Shown one piece after another: positions 27,872-42,502 of a stretch of 64,000 nt of DNA (its first letter is position 1; each line of letters starts with the position of its first letter). The position numbers and the translations under genes are program-made. Where the stretch lies: NCBI GenBank assembly GCA_964016885.1, contig OZ024740.1, forward strand, positions 263,810,001 to 263,874,000, given 5' to 3'. Source of the stretch: Eledone cirrhosa (taxonomy: Eukaryota). The notes below the pieces were generated by a model. That model searched no databases, had not been told where the DNA came from, and was given only the letters and a program-made list of their open reading frames with translations.

Positions 27872-29058
27872 ATTTACATATACCCAAACTAGAAAAAGTC
27901 ACAGATATATGTGTTTTGGCAACCATTCACGATGTGGCTCAATGATGACTTAATAAATTAAATAATCAGGGCAATATACTATAAAGTATGTCCATAGAAT
28001 CATTTGATAATATATTGAGTTCGAAGCTCTAGATTGTATCCTTAATAGGATATATCAAAATGCGAACGAAACCCGAGGCTAGAGACATAATCCTGGTATG
28101 TGTATATAACCATTTCTTCTAACTTTTATTTTATACCTAATCGTGTATGGTTGACGGTATATTTAATCGATTTCCACGTGCTGTTGAAATGTTGGGTAAA
28201 AATTCTATGGCGGTTGGCCGCGAAGAGATTGCTGTCGTTTATTTATCTACTATTTCTTCATAGGTGCCTTTTAATCTTATAGCCTGGTCTAATTGATTTT
28301 TTATGTGGTAAATTATGCTAATTAGGAGAGGAAATTGTGTACATAAATTATCAAATGATTCTATAGACGTACTTTATATTATATTGCTCTGATTATTTAA
28401 TTTGTTAATTCTTCATTGAGCCACATCGTGAATGGTTGCCAAAACACATATATATCTGTGACTTTGTCTAGTTTGTGTATATGTAAACCTTCATATTTAA
28501 TAATGTCCCGTAAGGTTGAGATGCAATTTGGGCAATATTGGGCTGCGCTTTCTAGCAACCAAACCACTCGCCGTAAGCAACCAATCACATTCTTTCCGAC
28601 TTGACCACTGCATCGTCACAATTCTTAGCCATTTTGAATTCGTCTCTGGCGAGGACCACTTTAGAAAATTATCTGTCCTAACGAGTTTGTTTCCTGATGA
28701 GTTCAAAGCTCGAGTTTTTATCCTAAATAGGATATATCAAAATGCGAACGAAACCCGAGGCTAGAGACATAATCCTGGTATGTGTATAAGCATTTCTTCT
28801 AACTTTAATTTTATACCTAATTGTGTATGGTTGACGGTATATTTAATCGATTTCCACGTGCTGTTGAAATGTTGGGTAAATATTCTATGGCGATTGGCCG
28901 CGAAGAGATTGCTGTCGTTTGTTTATCTACTATTTCTTCATAGGTGCCTTTTAATCTTATAGCCTGGTCTAATTGATTTTTTGTGTGGTTAATTATGCTA
29001 ATTGGGAGAGGAAATGGTGTATATATATTATCAACTGATTCTATGGACATACATTATA
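27868..29058 (+). mobile_element. Retrozyme/PLE-like element: 682-nt partial tandem plus inverted 5' segment, in (TA)n
   Basis: 28016-28375 is a direct repeat of 28698-29058; 27868-28010 is the inverse of 28347-28490. Confidence 0.85.
28688..28769 (+). ncRNA. Type I hammerhead ribozyme
   Basis: Stem I tgtttc/gagaca; CTGATGA 28694-700; stem II gttc/gaac; GAAAC 28750-54; CTA site 28761-63 (C-C mismatch in stem III). Confidence 0.7.
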
Positions 29059-29149
<91 letters not shown>

Positions 29150-29672
29150 CAAGTATGTATAAATTCATCCCCATATACATAGCTGCATGTATCTTGTGTA
29201 TATATAGATAGTACCTTTCGAAATTCATCATATTCACCTAGCTGCCGACTTTCTGAATACATGATGTTTCATCCTGATTGTGTATAAATGTAGTATCGAA
29301 AGGTATAATTACCGACCTCGTTGAAGATGTTTCCTTTTATCTAATCTCTAACGTTCTTGAGATAGACATGAAATAATATAAATGAATCTTCAGCATAAGT
29401 TTGAAACTTATAATGTATTACATAATGTAAATAATTTAGAGTTTAAGCAATCATCTTGTCATGTTCTATTAAGATGTTTGATTTATTAGACGTAATATGT
29501 ACCCTTAGTAACATGACAGTATTGCTTTCTGTCAGACGTGAATTGTAGTGAAAAACTAAATTATTGTTGATGATGTATCTGGGAGTATATGATAGCAGCC
29601 TACTTATGTTCAGTTACAGAGTTAATCTTCTTCGGAAAACATTTTATATCGTATATTTTCGAGCGTATCCCG

Positions 29673-29708
29673 AGACTGATGATTAGTTAACTCTTCTGAA
29701 AGCTCTCT
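29673..29708 (+). ncRNA. Possible minimal hammerhead
   Basis: aga-CTGATGA...GAAAGCTC-tct with palindromic AGCT stem III; stem II is weak. Confidence 0.4.
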
Positions 29709-29868
29709 GATAATAAACTAAAGGTGCCAATGATACACAGAGATATTAAAAAAATATATATTTACAATTGAGAAAAAATTAAACGCATGCATTATCGAAA
29801 TAGAAACGTGAGTATTACAAAAATGAAAAAAACAAAAAAAAAAAACGATTCGATACCAAATCTATCTA

Positions 29869-30309
29869 TCTATAATATTATAAAGCAGAGCGTCGTGTGT
29901 ATTATGTATGTATGTATCCTACACAATAGTTTGTTAGCTTTACTCTCTCCGTCGATCTTCCCCCTCTCTATAATAGATCATTCCCCCTCTCTATAAGTTA
30001 ACTGTTTTACTCTCTCTGTCGCTCTTCACTCTCAAATATTATAAAGCGTGTCATCTCTCTCTCTCTCTCCCTCTTTCACCCTCTCTATAANNNNNNNNNN
30101 NNNNNNNNNNNNNNNNNNNNNNNNNNNNNNNNNNNNNNNNNNNNNNNNNNNNNNNNNNNNNNNNNNNNNNNNNNNNNNNNNNNNNNNNNNNNNNNNNNNN
30201 NNNNNNNNNNNNNNNNNNNNNNNNNNNNNNNNNNNNNNNNNNNNNNNNNNNNNNNNNNNNNNNNNNNNNNNNNNNNNNNNNNNNNNNNNNGAGAGAGGGG
30301 AGAGAGAGA

Positions 30310-30370
<61 letters not shown>

Positions 30371-30466
30371 AAGGACAATGTGGCACGGAAGGGTGTGTGG
30401 TATCTTTTCAGTGGAGTGGTGGGGGCAGATGTACCTAGCCGGGCGCCAGCCGGACGGGTCACCTAG
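29869..30466 (+). mobile_element. Probable non-autonomous Helitron spanning the gap
   Basis: A|TCTATAATATTATAAA start; ccgggcgccagccgg hairpin and CTAG|T end; continuity across the N-gap is unproven. Confidence 0.5.
30091..30290. other. Assembly gap (200 N)
   Basis: Run of N. Confidence 1.
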
Positions 30467-30525
30467 TGTTGAATAAATACAACGATAAAAAACGTGCGCA
30501 GGTAACAAAAACAGAAAATTAAACA

Positions 30526-30915
30526 AATAATTGTTTTTACTTTTGTTACAAAGCCAGCAATTATTCCAGTGAATGACTGGTACTTTATTTTATCGACCCT
30601 GTAAAGATGCGAGGCAAAGTTAACCACGCCGAGATTTAAAATAAGAACGTAAAGGGCCATATCTATGCTACAAAGCAAAATGTCTGACGTTATACCGATA
30701 CTGCTAATCAACCGCCCTTTTGAACAAATAATTGTTTCTACTTTTGGTACAAGGCCAGCAATTACCCAGTACATTACTGGTACTTTATTTTATTGACCCC
30801 TTAAGGATGAAAGGCAAAGTTAAACTCGGCGGGATTTGAACTCAGAATGGCAAGGGCCGTAACTCTATGCTGCGAAGCATGGCGTCCGACCCTCTACCGA
30901 TACCTCCAATCCTCC
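30526..30915 (-). mobile_element. Two tandem SINE family A copies
   Basis: About 30526-30715 and 30726-30915, each matching 231-413. Confidence 0.85.
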
Positions 30916-31377
30916 GCCCTTTTAGACAAATAATAGCAGCAAATTATGTAAATTGAAACGCTTCTATAAACGGGAAAACTTCTGAGTAAATAAAATATTT
31001 CAATAAAAAACCACCCGATTATATCGCCACTTAATAAATAAAACAACATAATCGGGGAGGTCACACCAATGTATACGGAGACATATAAACTAAGGAAGAA
31101 GTACGAATCAAAACAATCAAAACAATAAACATAATAACTCAACAGATCTTTAGAAAAGAAGATTATATATATATATGAATTCATTAAAACAACGAGAATT
31201 GCTAAAAATATGTCAACAGTTACGATTGACAATGTCCTCAACGATTGGCTGAAGCTCCTGAACAGTACACGTGTTTTTTTTTTGCTAGTATCATTCAAGA
31301 ATAGCCGTAAGCAGTCAAGAATCAAAACTCGAGAGGATACTGAAGGAAAAGGAACATTGATACACACACACACAGAT

Positions 31378-31822
31378 ATATAAACTATAATAAAGTAAGG
31401 AGCGCGGGACTGCGTAGGGTTTATAATTGTTTATCCCCTAGTAAAATAAGTTCGATTATTTTGAATAAATAACTGTTTCTACTTTAGGCACAAGGCCAGA
31501 AATTACCCAGTGCATTACGGGTACTTTATTTTATCGACCCCGTAAGGATGAAAGGCAAAGTCAACCTCGGCGGGATTTGAACTCAGATCGTAAAGGGACG
31601 TCCGACCCTCTACCGATACTGCCAATCCACTGAATAAATAATGAATGAATATTACATAATTTATTTACTAAATTTCGTGGATGTTCATTAAATATATGTT
31701 ATTACTTATTTAAAGATTCACTTCTTTAAAATTTTCAAATGTCAACGCTTTTGGTTAGCGATCGCTGAAATAAATATTCATATATTTATGTCACTAATTT
31801 TCTCATAATGCAGTTTATATAT
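31378..31822 (+). mobile_element. 5' half of a Helitron (same family as 25342-25829), containing a SINE
   Basis: aaactataataaagtaaggagcgcgggactgcgta matches 25345 onward; the 3' half resumes at 38340-38539. Confidence 0.75.
31473..31630 (-). mobile_element. SINE family A copy with 11-bp target-site duplication
   Basis: tgaataaataa at 31462-72 and 31631-41; empty site visible in the paralog near 25428. Confidence 0.85.
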
Positions 31823-32530
31823 AACTAACAGTGTATCCCGGCGTCGCACGGATAAGAACATTGGTAATAGCACCTCCAATGCGAAACGTTTATTTGTGAG
31901 TGCCTGTTAAAAAGTCACGAAAATATAGCGACAGGAAACTTATTTTATTTGGAGAAAATTAAGAAGTTGAAAGTACAGTTTAGCTGTCTACGTGCATTGT
32001 TCATAGAAATATTGTTGAGCCCCTTCTTTTCATACTCCTCTGTTTTGGCCTTTTGGAGTAAATGTGAAAGAGAAAGTCACAGGTTAAGTTGGCAGAAGGT
32101 TTCAGTGTCATAGCAGTAAGACGTAGACTACTTACCTCGAAAGTTAATTCGTACTCTTTCCACTAAGTTACTCTTTCTCTCTATCCCCCCTCTGTGCAAT
32201 CCCTTGAGAATTTCTCGCGTAGGCCTGGTGTAGATTTGCACCCGATCCATCAACCCGATGCACATGTCCGCTTTGTACGGCTTTTGCAGGAAGGAGTGGC
32301 CAGCAATACGTTGTTCGGTATTATTACGAAAAGGTGTAGCAGAGAATCCCGCGTGAACTAACAGCTCAGGAAAAACTACTTACCTCGAAGATTCATTCGC
32401 CATCGTTCTTGTCAACGCTCCGTTTAGTTGGTATTTGTTGGTCTACAGTTAGATGAATGGCGCACAAACGATTAATGTACATTGGCAACACGTTTTTTTA
32501 ATAATAAAAGACAGGTTAAAGCGACCTACA
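31823..32530 (-). mobile_element. Possible Helitron 3' portion
   Basis: Minus strand ends ccgtgcgacgccgggatacactgTTAG|t; 5' boundary unknown. Confidence 0.4.
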
Positions 32531-32569
32531 ATGTATATATATATATATATATGTTCTGGCTCGTTAATT

Positions 32570-32635
<66 letters not shown>

Positions 32636-32649
32636 AATTAACGAACCAG

Positions 32650-33887
<1,238 letters not shown>

Positions 33888-34289
33888 TATATATACAAAT
33901 ACGGACCCCGTCTAAACACTTCTCCCTAAGACGAACCCACAAAATACACACGTCAACATACATACCTACATCAGCATACATCTCTACCCACATATAAACA
34001 CAATGACATACTTAAACACACATGTTCTATGGTGCAACACAAATATACACAAATTTGCATACCTTTTGATGTCTATAGATATTAAAGTGCCGACACACAC
34101 ACATACATAAATGCATTGCACACTGATGGGCACATACATATTTGTACACATGTATTCCAATACGGCAAGGTCTAATGGATACCCCTTGCAGTACGTACAA
34201 TCTGGACACACACACTCACACACACCTTGGTATTATGCCAATACTATATATCATTTCACACCTTTTATTATTAAGGTTTTTGATGGTCT

Positions 34290-34486
34290 ATTGAGATAAT
34301 CGATTTTACTGAAAATATCGAATAATGTACACCATTTCACCAGTATCACAAAAATAAGTACTGGTCCACCCACACACACACACACACACACTCGTGTATG
34401 CGCACACACGCACATATATACACACACACATACACATTCGTACATTAACATACAAAGAGACATACACACACACACACACACATACA

Positions 34487-34569
<83 letters not shown>

Positions 34570-34651
34570 CTCCGTATAAGACAAGAGCTGTAAAATATAT
34601 GTTAACATGTTAAAATATCCCCCACACACTTATAGACACATTCCTACTCTG

Positions 34652-34686
<35 letters not shown>

Positions 34687-35202
34687 TCTTAATAGGCATT
34701 TGAACTGTCAACAGGCTGCGGATCGCACACACATCCCTGCTGACCATTATCACAACAACGAACCTCTTTACTACTACTACTCACACACACACATATTTGT
34801 TTTGAAAGACTTATTTTTCAGTGACTTTTCAATCAGCCGACACAAACCTACATTTGGCACAAAATCAATTTTTAACATTCACATGATCTCTACCGACCAA
34901 TCAAAATTGTTTTGACCACAAGAATTTTTGCAACACGAATTGGCGCAAAACTTATTTTAATACCGCTGGAGCCACTTTTTTAACATAAAAACAGGTAGAA
35001 TTTCCAAAACTAATCAGATTAGAGCAAACATCACGGACGCTCTTTCTCAAACTTATTTTTGAAAAGCATTTAAAAATGCGCAACCGGTAAATCTTAAAAC
35101 CAAAACTGAATACTAACCAATACTATTACTAATTTTCACTTATTCCTAATTAAATTATTTTTCACTGTGAACAATTTGTCAGCATTTTCTTTTCCGTTTA
35201 CC
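34290..35202 (+). mobile_element. Solo pseudo-LTR of the 16.2-19.6 kb PLE family
   Basis: Inverse homologue of 16175-16900 and homologue of 19402-19595. Confidence 0.75.
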
Positions 35203-35221
35203 AATATATATATATAGATAT

Positions 35222-36459
35222 ATTTATTAAAATAACAGATTAGTGTTTAAGCAAAGAATCGCTGCTTTCACCCTTAACGGGACCTTCTGAAACTAACAAA
35301 GTCAATCTGTAAACGCAGAAGTGGATATTTCAAAAACGTTGCAACCGGAGGAAGAAAGGAAAACGATACTTTGGTTCGTGGAAACGTTCCCTGGCAAAGA
35401 ACGGGAAAAAACGAATATAATACGTCATTAATAGGAGCAGTGAAAAACAATTACGCGCAAAGACAGAACCACGTTTATGGTATAAAAGAGGGCGTAGACT
35501 AATGTTCTCTTAGGTGGTTAATAGAGACGTTCTCTGGCAATGAACGAAAAAAAACGAAGATAATACGTCATATGTGGAGCGTAGAGAACAATTGCACGCA
35601 AATACAAAACCACGTAAATGGTATAGCAGAAGTCGTAGACTAAAATTCTAACTAGGTGACCGAATGACTCTCCGCTTCAGAGTTAAGAATAAAGTAAATA
35701 AATACAATACAGAGGTAATAGAAATTAAATAAATACATACACGCATACAGACACGTACATACACAAGTATACGCGAAAACACTTACCACAGGTATACAAA
35801 ACCACGCACATATAAATATGTGTGTGTGTGTGTGTGTGTGGGTGTATACAATTAAATAAATAATTAAATAAACGTATATAGATAAATAAATACGTATATA
35901 ACAAGCGCACACACATACCTACATGTGAATACACAAATGTTCGGAGACGTAAGTCAACCAAAACATGAAGTACACATATACCCACATCCTACATACGTAC
36001 GAACCTGCAACTCACACAGACGCAAAACTCCCGTGTACACATAACCAAACCATATGTACCAGAATATATAAAATTATACGCCATAACATATACAATCAAA
36101 TATACGTACGAAAAAGTATACGTACCTTCACAAAACATACAGGTAATATATACTTACCTATACAAATAAGTAATGGTATAAACAAAACATATACTTAGCT
36201 ACCACATCAAGACGTAAAATATCCACGTATAGATCGTACCATCCGTTAGGGTATAACGTGGGGCTGTAATACAGGACAGTTTTGTGCAATTTATGTTTAC
36301 AAGCCGAAATTGCCTCACATTTTTTGTTTAAGATGTGGTCTGTGGCGTAGAGTAAATCTGTTATTTTAATAAATATTTGCTCTACTGTTCTTATATATTT
36401 GATATATATTTATCCTTATCGAGCCAACTTTGGATTTTAGTCATCAAATTTATTATTAT

Positions 36460-36465
<6 letters not shown>
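35222..36465 (-). mobile_element. 3' portion of the 22.7-26.4 kb PLE family, with a short inverted end segment
   Basis: 35222-36355 is the inverse of about 24655-26415 without the Helitron and SINE; 36355-36465 is flipped and matches the inverse of 15841-15940. Confidence 0.75.
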
Positions 36466-36531
<66 letters not shown>

Positions 36532-36719
36532 ATGCATATATATATATATGTGTGTGTGTATGTATGTATGTATGTATATATATATATATATATGTGTGTG
36601 TGCGTGTATATATATATATACATATATTTGTATGCGTATATTTATATATATAGGTATACATGTATATATATATATATATATGTACATGTATATATATACA
36701 ATATCATATACAAATGTAT

Positions 36720-37740
36720 ATATATACAACATCATATACAAATGCACTATCGAATCGGGTAGCCAGAAGTTGTACTATGTGGGGTCTACAGATACCTCCT
36801 TCAAAACTTGCCTTTATAGACACCGTTACTCGATAAAACATGAAAACCAGCGTTATGTAACAACACTCGCAGACAAGGCTTGGCAGCTGCGCGAAAATAA
36901 CCAACAATTTAACCTAAAATGGGATATAATAGCAGGACCTCTGCATATTTCCAAGACAGGAAATTTGTAAATTGTGTAATATCGAATTATTTTGTATTAT
37001 GAAATCCAAAAATATTTTATTAAATAACAGAATAGAGCGATCGTTATACTGTAACATTTTCATATTACATTTTCTACATTTTCATATTACAGACGCTACC
37101 AGGATTGAACGCATGTCTCCATCTCCGTTTGATTGTCAAAATACATATTAACATTCACTATTAGTCTTAATTCCATCAACTCTTCTATTCTTTAACATTT
37201 AATATAAACTGCTATAGATTAAATGAGATTTCTTAATTCAATTCCCTAATGTATATACCAGCAGGCTACCAGCATTGTTGTTAGACAGTACAGTGAAAAT
37301 CTCCCTCTTCCTTACTTGACGCTTAAATATTGTATTGATACTACTACACCAAACGACCAGCCCTGTCCATTGTTCAATTGGTCAAATATAGATTAAAATA
37401 GGCACTCCCAAAAATTCTTATTTAGATAAAATAAGCCATATACTCATTGTATTCTCATTAAAAACCTTCTATATACTTGTTTACCAGTAAATTGAATTGC
37501 CATCTGTCATATACTATCCCCTCTCTTCTTCCTTTCTTATAACTAATATAAATACTTCAATTTTTCTGATTTTTTCCAATTGATCCAATATCTCTGAGGA
37601 AGTGACAACTGATTATATATTTGCTATCGAATACTTGCTAACATTATATGATTACGCAAGCAGCGATACATAGGTATTCCGTCTGTTACAGAAAGATATG
37701 TCAATACCTAATAAATTCCTTTATGAAAGCACTTTCGTTT
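36720..37740 (+). mobile_element. PLE 3' fragment with GIY-YIG remnant between (TA)n tracts
   Basis: NIIYKCTIES...YYVGSTDTSFKTCLYRHRYS...LKWDII, then CKLC; 3' extent approximate. Confidence 0.75.
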
Positions 37741-37749
37741 TATATTCAC

Positions 37750-37819
<70 letters not shown>

Positions 37820-37820
<1 letters not shown>

Positions 37821-37925
37821 ATCTCCAACAGACCAGTGTCTGTCCTTAGGGCATCAACATACGTTAACCTTGGTCTTCCTCTTCTAGTGTGTCCCGATAA
37901 TGAGGGACAGAGACCGCTGTAGAGA
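37820..37925 (-). mobile_element. RTE LINE C-terminal fragment
   Basis: GHTRRGRPRLTYVDALRTDTGL. Confidence 0.6.
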
Positions 37926-38208
37926 ACTCGTCCATGGATTTCGGGAATTTTACCCGCCTTAGATAGATAGATATATATGTGTATGTATTTGTGTTTGTAT
38001 ATGTATATATATGTATATATATATGTATATATTGAAAAGATAACAAGGACGACTTCATTACATTTATTGGTAGGTGACGCGCGTTTCGCCACTGATCAGC
38101 TCAAGCTTCGATCTGTATCGATCTTACCCGACTCTATAATCCGCAGCTCGACGTACCCTAAACATCGAGTGCTCACCCGGGTGAACCTACAGTAATCCAA
38201 GTTACACT

Positions 38209-38270
<62 letters not shown>

Positions 38271-38339
38271 GTGTATATATGTATGTGTATATGTATATAG
38301 GTGTATATATATATATGTATATATAAGTATAGATGTATA

Positions 38340-38539
38340 GATATCGTCTATTTTAATGTATCATGGATTACGTTACTGATAACATAAGAAAGTGTAACGC
38401 AGTCTTTATTCAATTTCTGTGTATAATGTCAATTATATGCATGTATCATATCTACATGCATATATACATGCGTATAATATCGATATACACACTACACATG
38501 CTGGCAGAAAACCACCCGAAGGTTGTTTTTTTCTGCTAG
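38340..38539 (+). mobile_element. 3' half of the split Helitron
   Basis: Matches 25614-25829; hairpin and CTAG|T. Confidence 0.75.
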
Positions 38540-39277
38540 TATATTTAATAAACATATCATATATTGACAGGGGATAATTTGTAAACAGTGTAAACACACA
38601 TAGGTATGTAGATAAGATTAAAATTTAACGAGAACTTCAAATATCGAAACATTGCAAAAATGATTAAACTCCTTTCTATTAGAGAAACACATTTCACCAT
38701 TAATAGGTGAATCATACATGTCAAATCCTGGATTGTCAGCAAAGGTGCCGATTTGAAACTAACTATATTTATAATGAAATCAGTGTGTTTCAATTGTACA
38801 CCATTTAATAGATTACTTTGTTACTGTTCTATATATTTCAGTGGAATTTATTATTTAATAGATACAACCTCATTCAGACAGTTTTGTAATCTTTTGTTTA
38901 ATGTGTGATATGTCGCGGGCGTGTTTTAATGTTATTCCTCCGATGACTAGCTAACTTATGGATTAAGTATAACACTCCGCAGCTAGCATCACATGGTGCG
39001 TTTTATTCATTCAATTCGTTGATTTTTCCTCATCTTCACGATTATTCAATTTTTGGTTAAACATTAATTTAACCTATAAAGTAATATTTTGAGGGATGGT
39101 GGTATTGGAGTATGATGCCAACAATGCAAACAACGGTCAGTATTGTGTAGTTGTCGGATTCACTTCCTCAATAGGGAGTTTGATTTCTATGTATAATTAT
39201 ATATATATATATATATAACTACGGCTTTCTAAATGTTTATCTATAAACATACCATGTTTCTTTAGAAATACGAAATT

Positions 39278-39334
<57 letters not shown>

Positions 39335-39392
39335 GGGTGAGGTTTTTTTTTACAAATTGAAAAATAACCGGGGTGTCCTACACGAGTGAAAG

Positions 39393-39622
39393 TATAAAGA
39401 AAAAGAGATGAAATCGAAAATGCAACTGGAGTCTTATCTTTTAAAAAAAAAAATATATTTATTTGGTTCCTTTACACAGATGTGAGAAAAAGCACAGACC
39501 CTCCATCTCAACTCTACTTTTGAAAAGCAGAAGACCGGCGAAACCGGTAAAGGAACCAAATAAATATATATATTTTTTTAAAAGATAAGACTCCAGTTGC
39601 ATTTTCGATTTCATCTCTTTTT

Positions 39623-39629
<7 letters not shown>
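39393..39629. mobile_element. Fold-back element (about 83-bp arms) with hammerhead 3' half
   Basis: 39393-39475 is the inverse of 39547-39629; GAAACCGGTA at 39540-49; related single copy at about 42500-42620 (minus). Confidence 0.8.
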
Positions 39630-39672
<43 letters not shown>

Positions 39673-39678
<6 letters not shown>

Positions 39679-40162
39679 GTTTGTATATGTATAATAAAGC
39701 CAGAACAATGCAGGTATGACCAGAGAAAAAAGAATGCAAATGCAAAAGATATTGTTGACAGTTAGTCTTTTACCTTAGATTTATATAAATGTCCCTTAAT
39801 TTTCGAGATAATATCTCTTCATCGGAGGCAAGTAAAGCGGTTAAACCAGTGTTCAAATAGCTTGCCAAGTCATGCTATTTGAATGTACACACTACACATG
39901 CTGGCAGAAAACCACCCGAAGGTTGTGTTTTCTGCTAGTATATTTAATAAACATGTCAAATATTGACAGGCAAGCTATTTGAACACTGGTTTAACCGCTT
40001 TACTTCCCTCCGATGAAGAGATATTATCTCGAAAATTAAAGGACATTTAAATAAATCTAAGGTAAAAGACTAATTGTCAACAATCATTTTTGCATTTGCA
40101 TTATTTATTCTATGTCCATACCTGCATTGTTTTGGCTTTATTATACATATACAATCGTTTAT
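39673..40162. mobile_element. Hammerhead-containing fold-back element (about 194-bp arms)
   Basis: 39673-39866 is the inverse of 39969-40162; (TA)n on the left. Confidence 0.88.
40005..40043 (+). ncRNA. Minimal hammerhead variant (CCGATGA core)
   Basis: tccct-CCGATGA-a-GAGAT att ATCTC-GAAAATTA-a(a/g)gga; loopless palindromic AATT stem III; mirror copy in the left arm. Confidence 0.65.
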
Positions 40163-40201
40163 ACCTCATTACACAATGCTTCAAGTGAACTATAACTTCC
40201 T

Positions 40202-40254
<53 letters not shown>

Positions 40255-40260
<6 letters not shown>

Positions 40261-40794
40261 GATATTAATAAATGGAAACTATATTTATAAAACCATATTT
40301 ATTTCATTATACATATTTCAGGGATACCAAATTAAATTATGGTATGCCTTCGTCAGACAAAATACAGTATATAACAGTTTTACAAATAAGCTGTGACGTA
40401 CCCTATTAAAATGCAACCATTGTTTTTGGAAGTCATCCGGATAGTGAATTGTTTATATAACTTTAATAAGTCATAGTGTTAAGGACAATTAGAAAAAGAC
40501 GGAGAGAAAGAAAAAGCGTGGAGTTCTCCACGCTTTTTCTTTCTCTCCGTCTTTTTCTAATTGTCCTTAACACTATGACTTATTAAAGTTATATAAACAA
40601 TTCACTATCCGGATGACTTCCAAAAACAATGGTTGCATTTTAATAGGGTACGTCACAGCTTATTTGTAAAACTGTTATATACTGTATTTTGTCTGACGAA
40701 GGCATACCATAATTTAATTTGGTATCCCTGAAATATGTATAATGAAATAAATATGGTTTTATAAATATAGTTTCCATTTATTAATATCGTATAT
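40255..40794. mobile_element. Perfect 269-bp-arm palindrome containing hammerheads
   Basis: 40255-40523 is the exact reverse complement of 40526-40794; 2-nt loop. Confidence 0.92.
40685..40749 (+). ncRNA. Type I hammerhead ribozyme (mirror copy 40300-40364, minus)
   Basis: Stem I tattttgt/atgaaata; CTGACGA 40693-99; stem II aggcatacca/tggtatccct; GAAA 40730-33; ATA site 40739-41. Confidence 0.72.
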
Positions 40795-40880
40795 CTACTC
40801 CAAATATATGTCGAGTGCTTTATATCAGTTATAAAAATATTTATTTGTTGTATCCCAACAATTTTAAATAGAACTTTTGC

Positions 40881-40952
<72 letters not shown>

Positions 40953-41044
40953 GCAGAAGTTATATTTAATTTGTTGAGATTCCAACAAGCTTAAACGTTT
41001 TTAACTGATATAAAAGCACTCAACAATTTACTGGAGTAAACATT

Positions 41045-41304
<260 letters not shown>

Positions 41305-41423
41305 GAAACGGCTTGAGCTCAGCTGTCGGGGTCTTACTGGTTCCTATTACCCACTCTACTACCTCAAGTATTGAGTACTTTGGTGCGTTATGGTCCACCT
41401 GGTTCCTTACCACTTTTCCTTCG

Positions 41424-41470
<47 letters not shown>

Positions 41471-41572
41471 CACTGGTAGGTTATATCCTTTAGTAGAGCA
41501 CTCAGTCCATGGGACAAGTTTGGTAGTAGTAGTTCCTCAACAGTTAGTTCATCACTAACTGTTGTGGAACTA

Positions 41573-41617
<45 letters not shown>

Positions 41618-41621
<4 letters not shown>

Positions 41622-42447
41622 TAAAAATAGAGCAAGAAACCAGGACTATCCGTCATCAGCCATCTATCATCGGTATTTCTTTGCATTAAAGACCAGATAC
41701 CTCAAGTCGGCGCGAGCAATAACTAAAATAAGTTATTGGGATAAAAAGAATTGGGTGGAGAAAGAGAGACATGTAAATAAACACAAATGGTAAGGCAACG
41801 TAAAGAGAGGAAAATGCGAAAAGTCAGTGATACATGTAAACTTAAGTTCTCGCAAATCATTGACGAGAAGAAGAAGGACGCGTCCGAACCCTGCGAAATA
41901 TGAGCGCGAAAAGGATTTCACACAGGTCAGACGGGTGGAAGTTGGAGAGGGGAGTAGCAGAGAGTGATTGAGTGAAAGTCTGAGGAAGAGGCTAGCCGAG
42001 AGAGGGTGACGAGCAGAGGGGATGAATGAAAGTAAGAGGTACAAGGAGAGAGAAGGGAGAGAGAGAAAGAGGGTAGCAGTAAGGTGATAGAAAAAGACAG
42101 GTTACAGCGAGGGGAAAAAATATAGGAATGAAATCACATTCGCAACAACGCAGCACGTCATTTTTCATTCCTATATTTTTTCTTATTCTCGTCAATGATT
42201 TGCGAGAGCTTAAGTTCACATGTATCACTGACTTGTTTTCTCATTTTCCTCTCTTTACGTTGCCTTAACATTTTTGTTTGTTTACATGTCTCTCTTTCTC
42301 CACCCAATTCTTTTCATCCCAATAACTTATTTTAGTTATTTCTCGCTCTGACTTGAGGTATCTGGTCTTTAATGCGAAGAAATACCGATGATAGTCAGAA
42401 GATCACTGATGACGGATAGTCCTGGTTTCTTGCTCTATTTTTATTTC
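41618..42447. mobile_element. Fold-back element (about 260-bp arms) in (TA)n, no clear ribozyme
   Basis: 41618-41876 is the inverse of 42178-42447; inner inverted repeat 42114-33/42163-82. Confidence 0.85.
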
Positions 42448-42466
42448 ATATATATATATATATATA

Positions 42467-42502
<36 letters not shown>

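Noticed and set aside
37596-37640. CTGAGGA...GAATAC hammerhead downstream of the GIY-YIG fragment
   Set aside because: Plausible position, but GAAA is broken and the stems are imperfect.
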